Shown: in pieces, positions 35,672 to 48,444 of the stretch
Layout: every line of letters begins with the position of its first letter
How positions within the stretch are numbered: the first letter of the stretch is position 1
Assembly (NCBI RefSeq): GCF_963921235.1
Contig: NC_086097.1
Location: 103,914,001-103,978,000, forward strand
Direction: 5' to 3'
Length of the DNA stretch: 64,000 bases
From: Mobula hypostoma
Taxonomy: Eukaryota
The notes under the pieces: model-generated
Database searches by the model: none
The model's input: the letters and a program-made list of their open reading frames with translations, nothing else
Told to the model about the DNA's origin: nothing
Position numbers and translations under genes: made by a program

Positions 35672-38600
35672 GGTTATTTCTTCAGTGGTTTGAATGGGAC
35701 ATGACTGCGCAAGCGCATGGACGTCAGCCAGTGAGAACAGCAAGAGGAGTTTGAAAAAGAAGACAGATTTATACAGCAGGCATCGGAGAAGTGGGTAACA
35801 GAGTCGAGGGAGACAGAGTAGGAAGGCTTTGGCTCAACGGGGCTTCGGTGATAAAGGGTCAGGACGAGGTAGGTTATCTATGTAGAATACAGACTGAAAG
35901 TACGTGTGTGAGGCTGGTTTTCTATGCTCAGTGTCAGATGTGGGAAGTCCGGGAGACTCCCAGCCTCCTGGACAGCCACATTTGCACCAGGTGCATCGAG
36001 CTGCAGCTTCTTAGGGACCGCGTGAGAGAACTGGAAATGCAGCTTGATGACCTTCGGGCCAGGGGAGACAGATAAGTGGGTTAACAGTCAGGAGAAGGAA
36101 GGGCAAGAGGCAGATGCTAGAGAGTACCCCAGTGGCTGTTCCCCTTAACGATAAGTACTCCTGTTTGAGTACTGTTGGGGGAGACTGCCTACCTGGGGGA
36201 AGCAACAGTGGTTGTGCCTTGGACACAGAGTCTGGCCCTGTGGCTCAGAAGGGTAGGGAAAGGAAGAGGATGGCAGCAGTGATAGGGGACTCTATAGTTA
36301 GGGAATCAGACAGGCGATTCTGTGGACACAGGAAAGAAACGTGGACAGTAGTTTGCCTCCCAGGTTCCAGGGTCTGGGATGTTTCTGATTGCATCCATGA
36401 TATCTTGAAGTGGGAAGGAGAACAGCCAGAAGTCATGGTACATATTGGTACCAACAACATAGGTAGGAAAAGGGAGGAGGTCCTGAAAACAGACTATAGA
36501 GAGTTAGGAAGGAAGCTGAGAAGCAGGAACTCAAAGGTAGTAAAAAAAAGGATTACTGCCTGTGCCACGTGACAGTGAGTATAGGAATAAAGTGAGGTGG
36601 AGGATAAATACGTGGCTGAGAGATTGGAGCAGGGGGCAGGGATTCAGATTTCTGGATCATTGGGACCTCCTTTGGGGCAGGTGTGACCTGTACAAAAAGG
36701 ATGGGCTGCACTTGAATCTGAGGGAGACCAATATCCTGGCGGGGAGGTTTGCGAAGGCTATTAGGGAGAGTTTAAACTAGAATTGCTGGGTGGTGGGAAC
36801 TGAACTGAAGTGATGGAGGAAAGGGAGGTTGGCTCACACTTAGAGAAAGCTTAGAGACTGTGAAAGGGAGGATAGGCAGGTGATAGAGAAGGGACGCACT
36901 CAGACTGATGGTTTGAGAAGTATCTATTTTAATGCGAGGAGTATTATGAAGAAAGCAGATGAGCTTAGAGCATGGATCAGCACTTGGAACTATGATGTTG
37001 TGGCCATTAGAGACTTGGATAGTGCAGGGGCAGGAATAGCTACTTCAAGTGTTTCAGAAAGGACAGGGAGGGAGGCAAAAGAGGTGGGGGTGTGGCACTG
37101 TTGATCAGGGATAGCCTCACGGCTGCAGAAAAGAATGAAGTTATGGAGGGGTTGTCTATGGAGTCTCTGAGGGTGGAAGTTAGAAATAGGAAGGGGTCAA
37201 TAACTCTAGTGGGTGTTTTTTATAGACCACCCAATAGTAACAGGGACATCGAGGAGCAGATAGGAAGACAGATTCTGGAAAGGAGTAATAATAACAGGGT
37301 TGTTGTGGTGGGAGATTTTAATTTCCCAAATATTGATTGGCATCTCCCTAGAGTGAGGGGTTTAGATGGGGTGGAGATTGTTAAGTGTGTTCAGGAAGGT
37401 TTCCTGACACAATATGTAGATAAGCCTACAAGAGGGGAGGCTGTACTTGATCTGATATTGGGAAATGAACCTGGTCAGGTGTCAGGTCTCTCAGTTGGAG
37501 AGCAGTTTGGCGATAGTGATCACAATTCTATCTCTTTTACATAGCATTGGAGAGGGATAGGAACAGACAAGTTAGGGAAACGTTTAATTGGAGTAAGGGG
37601 AATTATGAGGCTATCAGGCAGGAACTTGGAAGCATAAATTGGGAACAGGTGTTCTCAGGGGTTCTGCATAGGTATGTTACAGGAACCGTGATGTACAAAG
37701 GCTGTTGTAAATCTCGTCAAGAAGAAAAGAAGAGCTTATGAAAGGTTCAAAGAACTAGGTAATGATAGAGATCTGGAAGATTATAAGGCTAGCAAGAAGG
37801 AGCATAAGAATGAAATTAGGAGAGCTAGAAGGGGCCATGAGAAGGCCTTGGCAGGCAGGATGAAGAAAAACCCCAAGGCATTCCACAAGTATGTGAAGAG
37901 CAAGAGGATAAGACGTGAGAGAATGGGAGCAATCAAGGGTCACAGTGGGAAAGTGTGTATGGAACCAAAGGAGATAGCAGAGGTACTTAATGAATACTTT
38001 GCTTCAGTATTCACTATGGAAAAGAATCTTGGTGATTGTAGTGATGACTTGCAGCAGACTGAAAAGCTTGAGCATGTAGATATTAAAAAAGAGGATGTGC
38101 TGGAGCTTTTGGAAAGCATCAAGTTGGATAAGTCACCGGGACCAAACAGGATGTACCCCAGGCTACTATGGGAAGCGAGGGAGGAGATTGCTGAGCCTCT
38201 GGCGATGATCTTTGCATTATCAGCAGGAAAGGGAGAAGTACTGGAGGATTGGAGGGTTGCAAACGTTGTTTCCTTCATCAAGAAAGGGAGTAGAGATAAC
38301 CCAGGAAATTGTAGACGGGTGAGTCTTTCTTCAGTGGTGGGCAAGTTATTGAAGATCCTGAGAGGCAGGATTTATGAGCATTTGGAGGTACATAATCTGA
38401 TCAGGGATAGACAGCATGGCTTTGTCAAGGGCAGGTCATGCCTTGTGATCCTGACTGAATTCTTTGAGTAAGTAACAAAACACATTGAAGGTAGAGTAGT
38501 AGCTGTAGTGTATACGGATTTCTGTAAGGCATTTGATAAGGTACCCCATGCAAGGCTCCTTCAGAAAGTAAGTGGGATCAAAGGAGACCTTGTTTTGTGC

Positions 38601-41600
38601 ATCCAGAATTGGCTTGCCCACAGAAGGCAAAGGATGGTTGTAGATGGTTCGTATTCTGCATGGGGGTCGGTGACTAGTGGTGTTCTGCAGGGATCTGTTC
38701 TGATGACCCCGCCTCTTCGCGTTTTTTAAAAATATAAATCACCTGGAGCAACAAGTGAAGGGTGGGTTAGTAAGTTTGACACAAACGTTGGGGGTGCTGT
38801 GGATAGTATGGAAGACTGTCTGAGGTTACAGCAGGACATCGATAGGATGCAGAACTGGGCTGAGAAGTGGCAGATGGACTTCAATCCAGATAAGTGTGAT
38901 GTGGTTCATTTTGGTATGTCTAATTTGAAGACAGAATATAGTATTAATGGTAAGACTCTTGGCAGTGTGGAGGATCTGAGCGGTCTTGGGGTCCGAGTCC
39001 CTAGGACAGTCAAAGCTGCTGTGCAGGTTGACTCTGTTAAGGTGTATGGTGTGTTGGCTTTCATCAACCATAGGATTGAGTTCAAGAGCCATGAGGTTAT
39101 GTTACAACTACATAAGACATTGGTCAGACTCCACTTGTAGTTCTGTGCTCAGTTCTGGTCACCTCACTACAGGAAGGATGTGGAAACCATAGAAAAGGTG
39201 CAGAGGAGATTTTCAAGGATGTTTCCTGGATTGGGGAGCCTTCTTTATGAGAATAGGTTGAGTGAACTTGGCCTTTCCTCCTTGGAGTGACAGAGGATGA
39301 GAGGTGACTTGATAGAGATGGAAAAAATGATGAGGCATTGATCGTGTGGATAGTCAAAGGCTTTTTCCCAGGGCTGAAATGGCTAACATGAGGGGGCATA
39401 GTTTTGATCTACTTGGAAATGGGTACTGAGGAGATGTCAGGTGTTCTATGAGCCTCTTGGGTAGGTACGTGGTGCTTAGAAAAATAGAGGGCTATGTGCT
39501 TGGGAAATTTGTAGAATGTCTGCCAGATGGCTTTTTAGAACAGCTTGTTGTTGAGCCCACTAGGGGATCGGCTATACTGGATTGGGTATTGTGTAATGAA
39601 CCAGAGGTGATTAGAGAAATTCAGGTGAAGGAACCCTTAGATGGCAGTGATCATAACATGATTGAGTTCACTGTGAAATTTGAAAAAGAGAAGCCGAAAT
39701 CTGATGTGTCGGTATTTCAGTGGAGTAAAGGAAATTACAGTGGCATGAGAGAGGAACTGGCCAAGGTTGACTGGAAAGGGGCACTAGCGGGAAGGACGGC
39801 AGAGTTTATGGCTGGAGCTTATGCGAGAAGTGAGGAAGGTGCAAGACAGATATATTCCAAAAGAGAAGAAATTTTTGAATGGAAAAAGGATAAAGTTAAA
39901 GCAAAGGAGAGGGCATACAAGGAAGCAAAAATTACTGGGAAGACAGAGGATTGGGAAGTTTTTAGAAGCTTACAAAAGGAAACTAAAAAGGTCATTAAGT
40001 GGGAAAAGATGAACTATCAAAGGAAGCTAGCAAATAATATCAAAGAGGATACTAAAAGCTTTTTCAAATATATAAAGAGTAAAAGACAGGTGAGAGTAGA
40101 TACAGGACCGATAGAAAATGGTGCTAGAGAAATTGTAATGGGAGATAAGGAGATGGTGGAGGAACTGAACGAGTATTTTGCATCAGTCTTCACTGAGGAA
40201 GACATCAGCAGTATACCGGACACTCAAGGGTGGCAGGGAAGAGAAGTGTGCGCAGTCACAATTACGACAGAGAAAGTACTCTGGAAGCTGAATAGTCTAA
40301 GGGTATATAAATCTCCCGGACCAGATGGAATGCACCCGCGTGTTCTGAAGGAAGTAGCTGTGGAGATTGCGGAGGCATTAGCGATGATCTTTCAAAAGTC
40401 GATAGATTCTGGCATGGTTCCGGAAGACTGGAAGATTGCAAATGTCACTCCGTTATTTAAGAAGGGGGCAAGGAAGTAAAAAGGAAATTATAGACTTGTT
40501 AGCTTGACATCGGTGGTTGGGAAGTTGTTGGAGTCGATTGTCAAGGACGAGGTTACGGAGTACCTGGAGGCATATGACAAGATAGGCAGAACTCAGCATG
40601 GTTTCCTTAAAGGAAAATCCTGCCTGACAATTTTTTGAGGAAATTACAAGTAGACTAGATTAGGGAAATGCAGTGGATGTTGTATATTTGGATTTTCAGA
40701 AGGCCTTTGACAAAGTGCCACACATGATGTTGCTTAACAAGATAAGAGCCCATGGAATTACGGGAAAGTTACATACGTGGATAGGGTGTTGGCTGATTGG
40801 CAGGAAACAGAGTGGGAATAAAGGGATCCTATTCTGGTTAGCTGCTGGTTACCAGTGGTGTTCCACAGGGATCAGTGTTGGGGCCACTTCTTTTTACGTT
40901 GTACATCAACGATTTGGAATATGGAATAGATGGCTTTGTGGCTAAGTTTATGGATGATACAAAGATAGGTGGAGGGGCCGGTAGTGCTGAGGAAACAGAG
41001 AGTCTACAGAGAGACTTGGATAGGTTGGAAGAATGGGCAAAGAACTGGCAAATGAAATACAATGTTGGAAAGTGTATGGTTCTACACTTTGGCAGAAGAA
41101 ATAAACGGGCAGACTATTATTTAAATGAGGAGAGAATTCAAAGTTCTGAGATGCAACGGGACTTGGGAGTCCTCTTGCAGGATACCCTTAAAGTTAACCT
41201 CCAGGTTGAGTGGGTGGTGAAGAAGGCGAATGCAATGTTGGCATTCATTTCTAGAGGAATAGAGTATAGGAGCAGGGATGTGATGTTGAGGCTCTATAAG
41301 GCGCTGGTGAGACCTCACATGGAGTACTGTGGGCAGTTTTGGTCTCCTTACTTAAGAAAGGGTGTGCTGGAGTTGGAGAGGGTACAGGGAAGATTCACTA
41401 AAATGATTCCAGGAATGAGAGGGTTAACATATGAGGAACGTTTGTCCGCTCTTGGACTGTATTCCTTGGAGTTTAGAAGAATGAGGGGAGACCTCATAGA
41501 AACATTCCGAATGTTGAAAGGCATGGACAGAGTGGATGTGGCAAAGCTGTTTCCCATGATGGGGGAGTCTAGTACGAGAGGCCATGACTTAAGGATTGAA

Positions 41601-41960
41601 GGGCACCCATTCAGAACAGAGATGCAAAGAAATTTTTTTAGCCAGAGGGTGGTGAATCTATGGAATTTGTTGCCATGGGCAGCAGTGGAGGCCAAGTTAT
41701 TGGGCGTATTTAAGGCAGAGATTGACAGGTATCTGAGTAGCCAGGGCATCAAAGGTTATGGTGAGAAGGCGGGGGAGTGGGACTAAATGGGAGAATGGAT
41801 CAGCTCATGATAAAATGGCAGAGCAGACTCGATGGGCTGAATGGACGACTTCTGCTCCTTTGTCTTATGGTCTTAAATTCTAGGCAGTCTCTAGAGTCGG
41901 CTTCATGGTTGGCACAACATTGTGCACTGAAGGACCTGTGATGTGCTGAGAATTTCTGTC
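35672..41960 (+). mobile_element. Near full-length CR1 LINE, degenerate; its 3' tail is split by the CR1 at 39510-41874
   Basis: ORF1 zinc finger/leucine zipper (CTRCIELQLLRDRVRELE) and SGNH esterase (VIGDSIV, HIGTNN, DGLHLN); ORF2 APE (YRPPN, GDFNFP, SDHN) and RT. Confidence 0.9.
39510..41874 (+). mobile_element. Younger CR1 LINE, 5'-truncated
   Basis: Long ORF2 pieces 39510-40479 and 40875-41786 (KSPGPDGMHPRVLKE, FQKAFDKV, KFMDDTK); tail tctgctcctttgtcttatggtctt; possible 5-bp TSD aaatt. Confidence 0.92.
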
Positions 41961-42202
41961 CCTTTAGCTGGGTAAACAGAACCGTGCACAATCAATGTGG
42001 TCTGAACAGTCTCATACAGTTGCAACATGATGTCCCAACTCCTGTAATCTGACCAACAAAGGGAGTGTGCCAAATTCTCTCACCACCCTGACTACCTGTG
42101 TTAGGAAATGACAGCCCTCTCCAGTGCCCTACATAAGTCCTACTGTGGTTTAATTCACCCAAATGAAACTGAATCTATACAAGTTAAATTCCTTGGCTAA
42201 CC

Positions 42203-42556
42203 GTGTATAAGATGATGAGAGGCATTGATCGTATGGATAGTCAGAAGCTTTTTCTTAGGGCAAAGTAGCTAGCATGAGAGGGCACAGTTTTAAGGTGCTT
42301 GGGAGTGGGTACAGAGGAGATGTCAGGAGTAAGTTTTTGACGCAGAGAGTGGTGAGTGCGTGGAATGGGCTGCTGGCGACGGTGGTGGAGGTGGATACGA
42401 TAGGGTCTTTTTAGAGACTCCTGGTCGGGTACATGGAGCTCAGAAAAAATAGAGGGTTATGGGTAACCCTAGCTAATTTCTAAGGTAAGGACATGTTCAT
42501 TACAGCTTTGTGGGCCAAAGGGCCTGTATTGTGCTGTAGATTTTCTGTGTTTCTAA
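42203..42556 (+). mobile_element. CR1 3' fragment
   Basis: YKMMRGID...; tail gggccaaagggcctgtattgtgctgtag. Confidence 0.8.
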
Positions 42557-42569
42557 ATTGCCCAGTTAG

Positions 42570-43205
42570 GACCATAGATAGGAGCAGAATTAGGCCATTC
42601 AGCCCATCAAATCTGCTCTGGCCATTCTATCATCACTGATTTATTTTCCCTCTCCACCCCGTACTCCTGCTTTCTTCCCATAACCTTTGCCACCCTAATT
42701 AATCAAGAACCTATCAACTGCCACCCAATGACTTGGCCTGTACAGCATCTGTGGCAATGAACTCCACAAATTCACCATCCTTTGGCTGAAGAAATTTTTC
42801 CCCATCTCTGTTCTAAATGGATATCTCTCTCTTCTGAGGCTGTGAACTCTGGTTCTAGACTCCCCCACTACAGGAAACATCCTCTCCACATCCACTCTGT
42901 CCAGGTTCTTTCAGTATTCAATAGGTTTCATTGAGATCCCCACTCATTCTTCTAAACTCCAGTGAGTACGGGCCTAGAACCACCAAATGCTCCTCATATA
43001 TTAACCCTTTTATCCCTGGGACCATTCTAATCAACTTCTCTGGATCCTCTCCAATCCTTTATTTTAGCACATCTTTTCTGAGACAAGGGACCCAAAACTC
43101 TTCACCAAGTGCAGTCTGAACAATGCCTTATAAAGCCTCAGCATTACATCTTTGCTTCTGTACTCTCGTCCTCTCAAAACAAATGCTAACATTGCAATTG
43201 CCTTA
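42570..43205 (-). mobile_element. CR1 3' fragment
   Basis: Minus-strand MDVERMFPVVGESRTR...FFSQRMVNLW plus tail. Confidence 0.8.
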
Positions 43206-43379
43206 GCCATAGAAAGGTATTAAAACGGAGGCCCAGTCACCACCCAGTGATGCAGAATTGGTGGACCACAGGCTTTCTGAGGCTTGGAAGGCTGGGCGAT
43301 GTAAGGGAAAGACACCAGAAGGATTTGAGCTGTTAGTGCTAGGAAGGAAATGATGACACCATTGGCAGCATCTCAACTT

Positions 43380-43720
43380 CATTTGGAGATTTGGTACATC
43401 ACCAAAGACTTGCAGATTTCTATAGCTGTATGGTGGAGAGCATTCGGACTGGTTGTATCAGAGCCTGGTATGGCAGCTCCAAAACACAGGATCACAGAGG
43501 GCTGTAGACTCAGCTTGCTCCATCACCGGCAGCACCCTCTCCACCACCGAGGACACCTTTCAAGATGCGGTGCTTCCTGATGGCAGCACTTATCACAAAG
43601 GGCACACACCATTTGGGACATGCCCTCTTCTCATTATGACCATCAGGGAGGAGGGACAGAAGCCTTGGTGATGTAGGAACAACTTCCCTACCATTAGATT
43701 TCTAAATGGTCCATGAATCC
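43380..43720 (+). mobile_element. Old Rex1/RTE-X-like LINE C-terminal fragment
   Basis: FYSCMVESIRTGCIRAWYGS resembles the Rex-type FYRCTIESILT.CIT.WYG motif. Confidence 0.55.
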
Positions 43721-43921
43721 ACAAACATAAGACCATACGATGTAGAAGTAGTCCATTCAGCCCGTCCAGTTGTCTCTGTCATTTGATCATGGCTGATATA
43801 TTTTTCCTTTCAACCCCATTGTCCTGCTTTCTCCCCCAGAGACTTCGATGCCCTCACGAATGATCTCCCTGTTCCTTTTTCCCTGCATTATTTATTTAGT
43901 AATCTTTTTGTTGAAACACCA

Positions 43922-44549
43922 GCTGCGTAAGTCTGGGGGAAGGCAACATCTGGCTTCGCCAAACTCGTGAGGTTGAGGCACACTCCCCCCAAACCTCTGT
44001 TTGTGTGCGTGTTGTGTCACTCGCTACCCTGTTACAAAGTAATGCCATGAAATAACAGACAGCACACTCCATACAATTAGAGGAATTGTATTGATGAATC
44101 TTAACTAAAGGGTTAGTAAAGAATAACAAAAAGAAAAGGACCCATTCTCATTATACAGTCAAATATGCACAAGTTGGAGCTCATCTTGAACGTCTCTGTC
44201 GCTCACACGTCGGGCCCCTCGGTCAACGGGAAAGCACACACCACCTTCCGATCGTCGCTCGCAATCCATCTCGAACAAACGGATCTCCCACCGGATCGTA
44301 TGATATGACCGGTTCTCCCCAGTGTCTTCTCTCTCCATCTCCTCTCGAACAAAAGCCCCAAGCACAACCTTAGTGTCCCTCACCAGAGAAACCTCCCCTT
44401 AATCCAACCATCCTAATTGGATGGCACACATTCCACATCATCCCTTATCTTCAACAATAAGCCATACAGGCTGAAAGCAGAACAGCAGCTCTTACAGAGA
44501 TGCTAACTACCTACAGGATAACAGTAAAAATATGAACCAGGGCACTACA
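43922..44549 (-). mobile_element. Solo LTR, one end truncated; same family as 46256-46784
   Basis: Shares blocks with 46256-46784 (aagtct.gggaag, ccctgttacaaa, aaataacagacag, actaaagggttagtaaag, tgcacaagttggagctca); ends ctaca. Confidence 0.7.
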
Positions 44550-45054
44550 TTGTTTTGTTATGCCTTCGCATAGTTCTGCTGCCACTAAACAACACTCATT
44601 TCAGTTCCTGATGATCACTCTGATTCTGATGAACATACAGAGTCCCAGTTTAGACATGGGCAGCTTGGAGCTCAGGGTGAGTTTATAGAGGTACAAAGGG
44701 AAGACACTGGAACACTGACTGCAGAGACAGCAAAGGAGTGTTTTAGGAAACATAACAGGTAAACAGAAGATAATTCTATCTCTTTCCTCTAAAAATAACT
44801 CCTATCCTCTTTTCATGAGAACAGTGATTGCTTGCTGGGGAATAATCCTACAGTCAGCGATATCCCATTCTCTTTTTTTGAGAACAGCGATTGCTTGCCG
44901 GTGAATAGTCCTACAGTCAGCGATGTCCAATTCCCTTTTCAGGTGGATCTTGTGTTACTGAAGCCTATAGTGACTGTGCACGATGCAGGACTGGTTTTGG
45001 TCCTGCCCTCATATCAGCAGCTCCCAGAATGGACAACTAACTTAATTCAACAAG

Positions 45055-45700
45055 TTTTTAAGATGTGGAAACCATAGAAACAGTGCAGAGGAGATTTACA
45101 AGGATGTTGCCTGGATTGGGGAGCATGCTTTATGAAAACGGGTTGAGTGAACTCGGCCTTTTCTCCTTGGAGCGACGGAGGATGAGAGGTGATCTGACAG
45201 AGTTGTATAAGATGATGAGAGGCATTGATCGTGTCATAGTCATAGTCATACTTTATTGATCCCGGGGGAAATTGGTTTTCATTACAGTTGCACCACAAAT
45301 AGTTAATCAGTAATAAAACCATAAATAATTAAATAGTAATATGTAAATTATGCCAGGAATTAAATAGTAATATGTAAATTATGCCAAGTTAGTCAGAGGC
45401 TTTTTCTCAGGGCTGAAATGGCTGCCACAAGAGGACACAGGTTTAAGGTACTGGGGAGTAGGTACAGGGGAGATGTTTTTTACACAGAGAGCGGTGAGTG
45501 TGTGGAATGGGCTGCCGGCAATGGTGGTGGAGGTGGATATGATAGGGTCTTTTAAGAGGCTTTTGGATAGGTACATGGAGCTTAGTAAAATAGAGGGCTA
45601 TGGGTAACCCTAGTAATTTCTAAGGTAGGGACATGTTCGGCACAAATTTGTGGGCCGAAGGGCCTGTTTTGTGCTGTAGGTTTTCTATGTTTCTATGTTT
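45055..45700 (+). mobile_element. CR1 3' fragment interrupted by a Rex1 tail
   Basis: ETVQRRFTRMLPGL...YKMMRGIDR; tail (tttctatg)n. Confidence 0.85.
45234..45388 (-). mobile_element. Very short Rex1-like 3' end
   Basis: Same terminus as 18069-18105 (actttattgatcccg.gggaaattgg) with a (CATAGT)n tail. Confidence 0.7.
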
Positions 45701-46255
45701 CCTTTAACCACAGTGGTAATGGGGGTGAGACACCATGTGTGTATAGAGATGAGAGGAGTTGTGCTGCTCCCTTAGAAAAGATAGATTTATGCTAAACCAT
45801 TCTGCGCTTCTAATGACTGACATGATGAACTTTGGCTCTCCCATTTCAACCACAAGTCAGAGAGGAATGGACGGGTGCGAGGTCGAGGGGGAATAGGACT
45901 GCTGGGCTCTCTCCAGTGTGGATTGGCCTCCTGCGTTACACCATGTGAGTTGACCTTGAGTTTCCACTTTCTGTGTTCTGATTACACAACGTGAATGGAA
46001 TTAATTGTGTGCGAACCTTGGCTGACCATTCTTATCACATTGAGCACCCAGACCTTGCAGTACCTCTGTTGAATTTGCCTCTCTGAAAGGAGATACGTCT
46101 CCACATAGGAAACTGGGGACTGTTTTTACAACCCGTAAAACTCCTATTTGACTTTGAAGGAAGTGGGTACAGCATGGACAAGAGGGTCAGCATTTTGTCA
46201 GTAGATATCACTGAGTCACACTGTGCTTGTAAACCTCGTCTGCGCACTTTCCAGT

Positions 46256-46784
46256 TGTAACCCTCAGGTTCTGTTGCTGCATAAGTCTAGGGAAGACAGT
46301 CTCTGGCTGTGCGAGATCTGAGGTACAAAACTCCCATTTGTGTGGATGCTGCGTGATCTGTTCCCCTGTTACAAATCAGTACCACAAAATAACAGACAGT
46401 ACAACATAAACGATTTAGCTTTATAATTTTTAATTTGACTAAAGGGTTAGTAAAGTAAAATAAAAAGGAAAGGGCCTATTTTAATGAAACAGTCAAATGT
46501 GCACAAGTTGGAGCTCACGGTTTCCCCTGGCTTCATCGACTCCTGGCCCCATTCCAAGTCCCCTCCTTCCTGGTGTCCACGACCTCTCCATTCTGGCATC
46601 TCCTCTTCCATCTTCCGAACAAAAGACCCAGATCCTCTCGGTCTCAGGCACACAACAAGAAAAAACACTGCCTTCGTTAGACGGCGCACATTCCAAAGCC
46701 CCCATTATCACTAGCCATAACCCAAACACTGCTGCTACAGAAAAAACATTACATTTGCAGAGAAACCTTTCCCAGGGTGTTACA
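46256..46784 (-). mobile_element. Solo LTR
   Basis: tgtaaccct...agggtgttaca termini; 4-bp TSD cagt / cggt; orientation inferred from composition. Confidence 0.8.
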
Positions 46785-46789
46785 CGGTA

Positions 46790-47146
46790 TGAAGATGGAA
46801 ATAATGCAGAGGAGATTCACAGTACTCAAGTGACTGAGTTATGGAGAGAGGGTGAGCAGGTTGAGACTTTATTCACAGAGATTAAGATTATGAGAGGCAC
46901 AGATAGGGTGCAAAGTCTTTCCCTAGGGTTGAGGAATAAAGAACTAGAGGGCTTTGGTATAAGGTGGGAGGGAAGAAATTTGATAGGAACGAGGGATAAC
47001 CCTTTCACAAGCAGAGTGGGGATAGGTACATGGATGGCAGGGGTATGGAGGGCTATGGTCTAGTCCAGGTTGAAGAGACTAGGCAGTTTAAAGGGTTCAG
47101 TCCAGACTAGATGGGCTGAAGGGCCTGTTTCTGTGCATGACTCTGA
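46790..47146 (+). mobile_element. CR1 3' fragment, old
   Basis: KIMRGTDRV; tail gatgggctgaagggcctgtttctgtgc. Confidence 0.65.
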
Positions 47147-47840
47147 GTATAATAACAAACACATTTAGATAATTGCAAAAAGTCCATTTGGAGATACACA
47201 AATGACGTCTGGGGTGGGCCCAGCAGCAGCAGCAGATACTGGCACTGTTTTTCAGGATTATGTCTCTGGCAAATCATGTAGTTGCTACTTTACTTGCTAT
47301 GGTCAAGAATCTCTCATTTTTGATTATACTCACCATTTTTTATAGTCTTGCACGTGGTGTGCTTTAGTTCATAAGGTCTGTTCACCCTCTGACACGTCTG
47401 GGAGGGGAGAGAGAAGCGCGAGGTGATAGGTGAAACCTGAAGGGGGAGGGATGAAGTAAAGAGCATGGAAGTTGGCAGTCTTGCACGTGGTGTGCTTTAG
47501 TTCATAAGGTCTTTTCAGCCTCTGACACATCATGCTGTAATTGGACAAGTTCATCAAAACTTTTTGGAAAGTATTGGCAGCCTGGTCACACTGGAGTGCT
47601 ACGTGACCATAAAGATCTGGTGTTGCTGCCTTAGCAAAGGAGTTAGCTCATTTGTTCCCTCCAGTTATTTCATTCTCCTCATTTGTATGAGCTGTGTAGT
47701 TTATAACAACACAGTAGCAGTAGGTATTTGAAAAGCAGGAAAAGATTCATAGTTAATTCACTGTGATTTATCAGAGTTCCCAAAAAGGTGAGAAACTCAC
47801 ATTGTTTCCATAATTGTCCATTGTGATGTGCTACTTGCTC

Positions 47841-48440
47841 CTTTTTTTATACAAAACTATGAAATTTATTCATGTAACAGATACACAAAGGACAAACATT
47901 CAGTATTTACAAGACAGTGAATAAATACAAATTAAAATATGCTCATTACTGTCTCTAAGACAGTCAGTTCCCTGGTGGGCCCAGCATCCTGGAAACCCCC
48001 CACTGTACCCATTGTGACGGCATGCTCCCTCTCCGAGGACAGCCGGCACCAACCCACCCTCGGAAGAGGGACAGGCAGTCCGCCCTGGCAGAGCCCTCGA
48101 CTTTCTACCCCCTTGACCTGTGAAAGGGCATCTTGGCCAGGCCCAGGAGCAAGATCCTTGTGCCGGCCTGCCCCTGCCTGTAGATGAGGAGCGCGGGGCT
48201 GATGTGCAACCAGAACCTGAGCAGCAGCCCGTTCAGATACTCAGACAGGGGCTGCAACCGCTCACACTCTGTGCAAGCGTGGTACACCGACTCCTCCCGG
48301 CCACAGAACGGACAGGAGGACGGCGTGTCGGTACCCGTTGCACAGTACTGCCTGATGCAACACTTTCCACCTCAGCTCTCCAATGTACAGGGGAAGGACC
48401 TCTGCATGAAGAGATTTTCACTTCGCTGCCAGGCGGCTAA
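47841..48440 (-). mobile_element. Tx1/L1-clade LINE 3' fragment
   Basis: Cys-rich domain CPFCGREESVYHACTECERLQPL...LLLGLAKM; T-rich tail at ~47841-47870. Confidence 0.8.
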
Positions 48441-48444
48441 ATCC

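Noticed and set aside
39448..40479. 343-aa ORF as a host or fusion gene
   Set aside because: CR1 ORF2 fragment whose ATG comes by chance from the tail of the CR1 it inserted into.
45708..46226. V(D)J recombination signals (cacagtg near 45708, cactgtg near 46220)
   Set aside because: No acceptable nonamer at 12- or 23-bp spacing and no Ig/TCR segments nearby.
46497..47063. 188-aa ORF as a novel protein
   Set aside because: Chance read-through across a solo LTR and a CR1 fragment.
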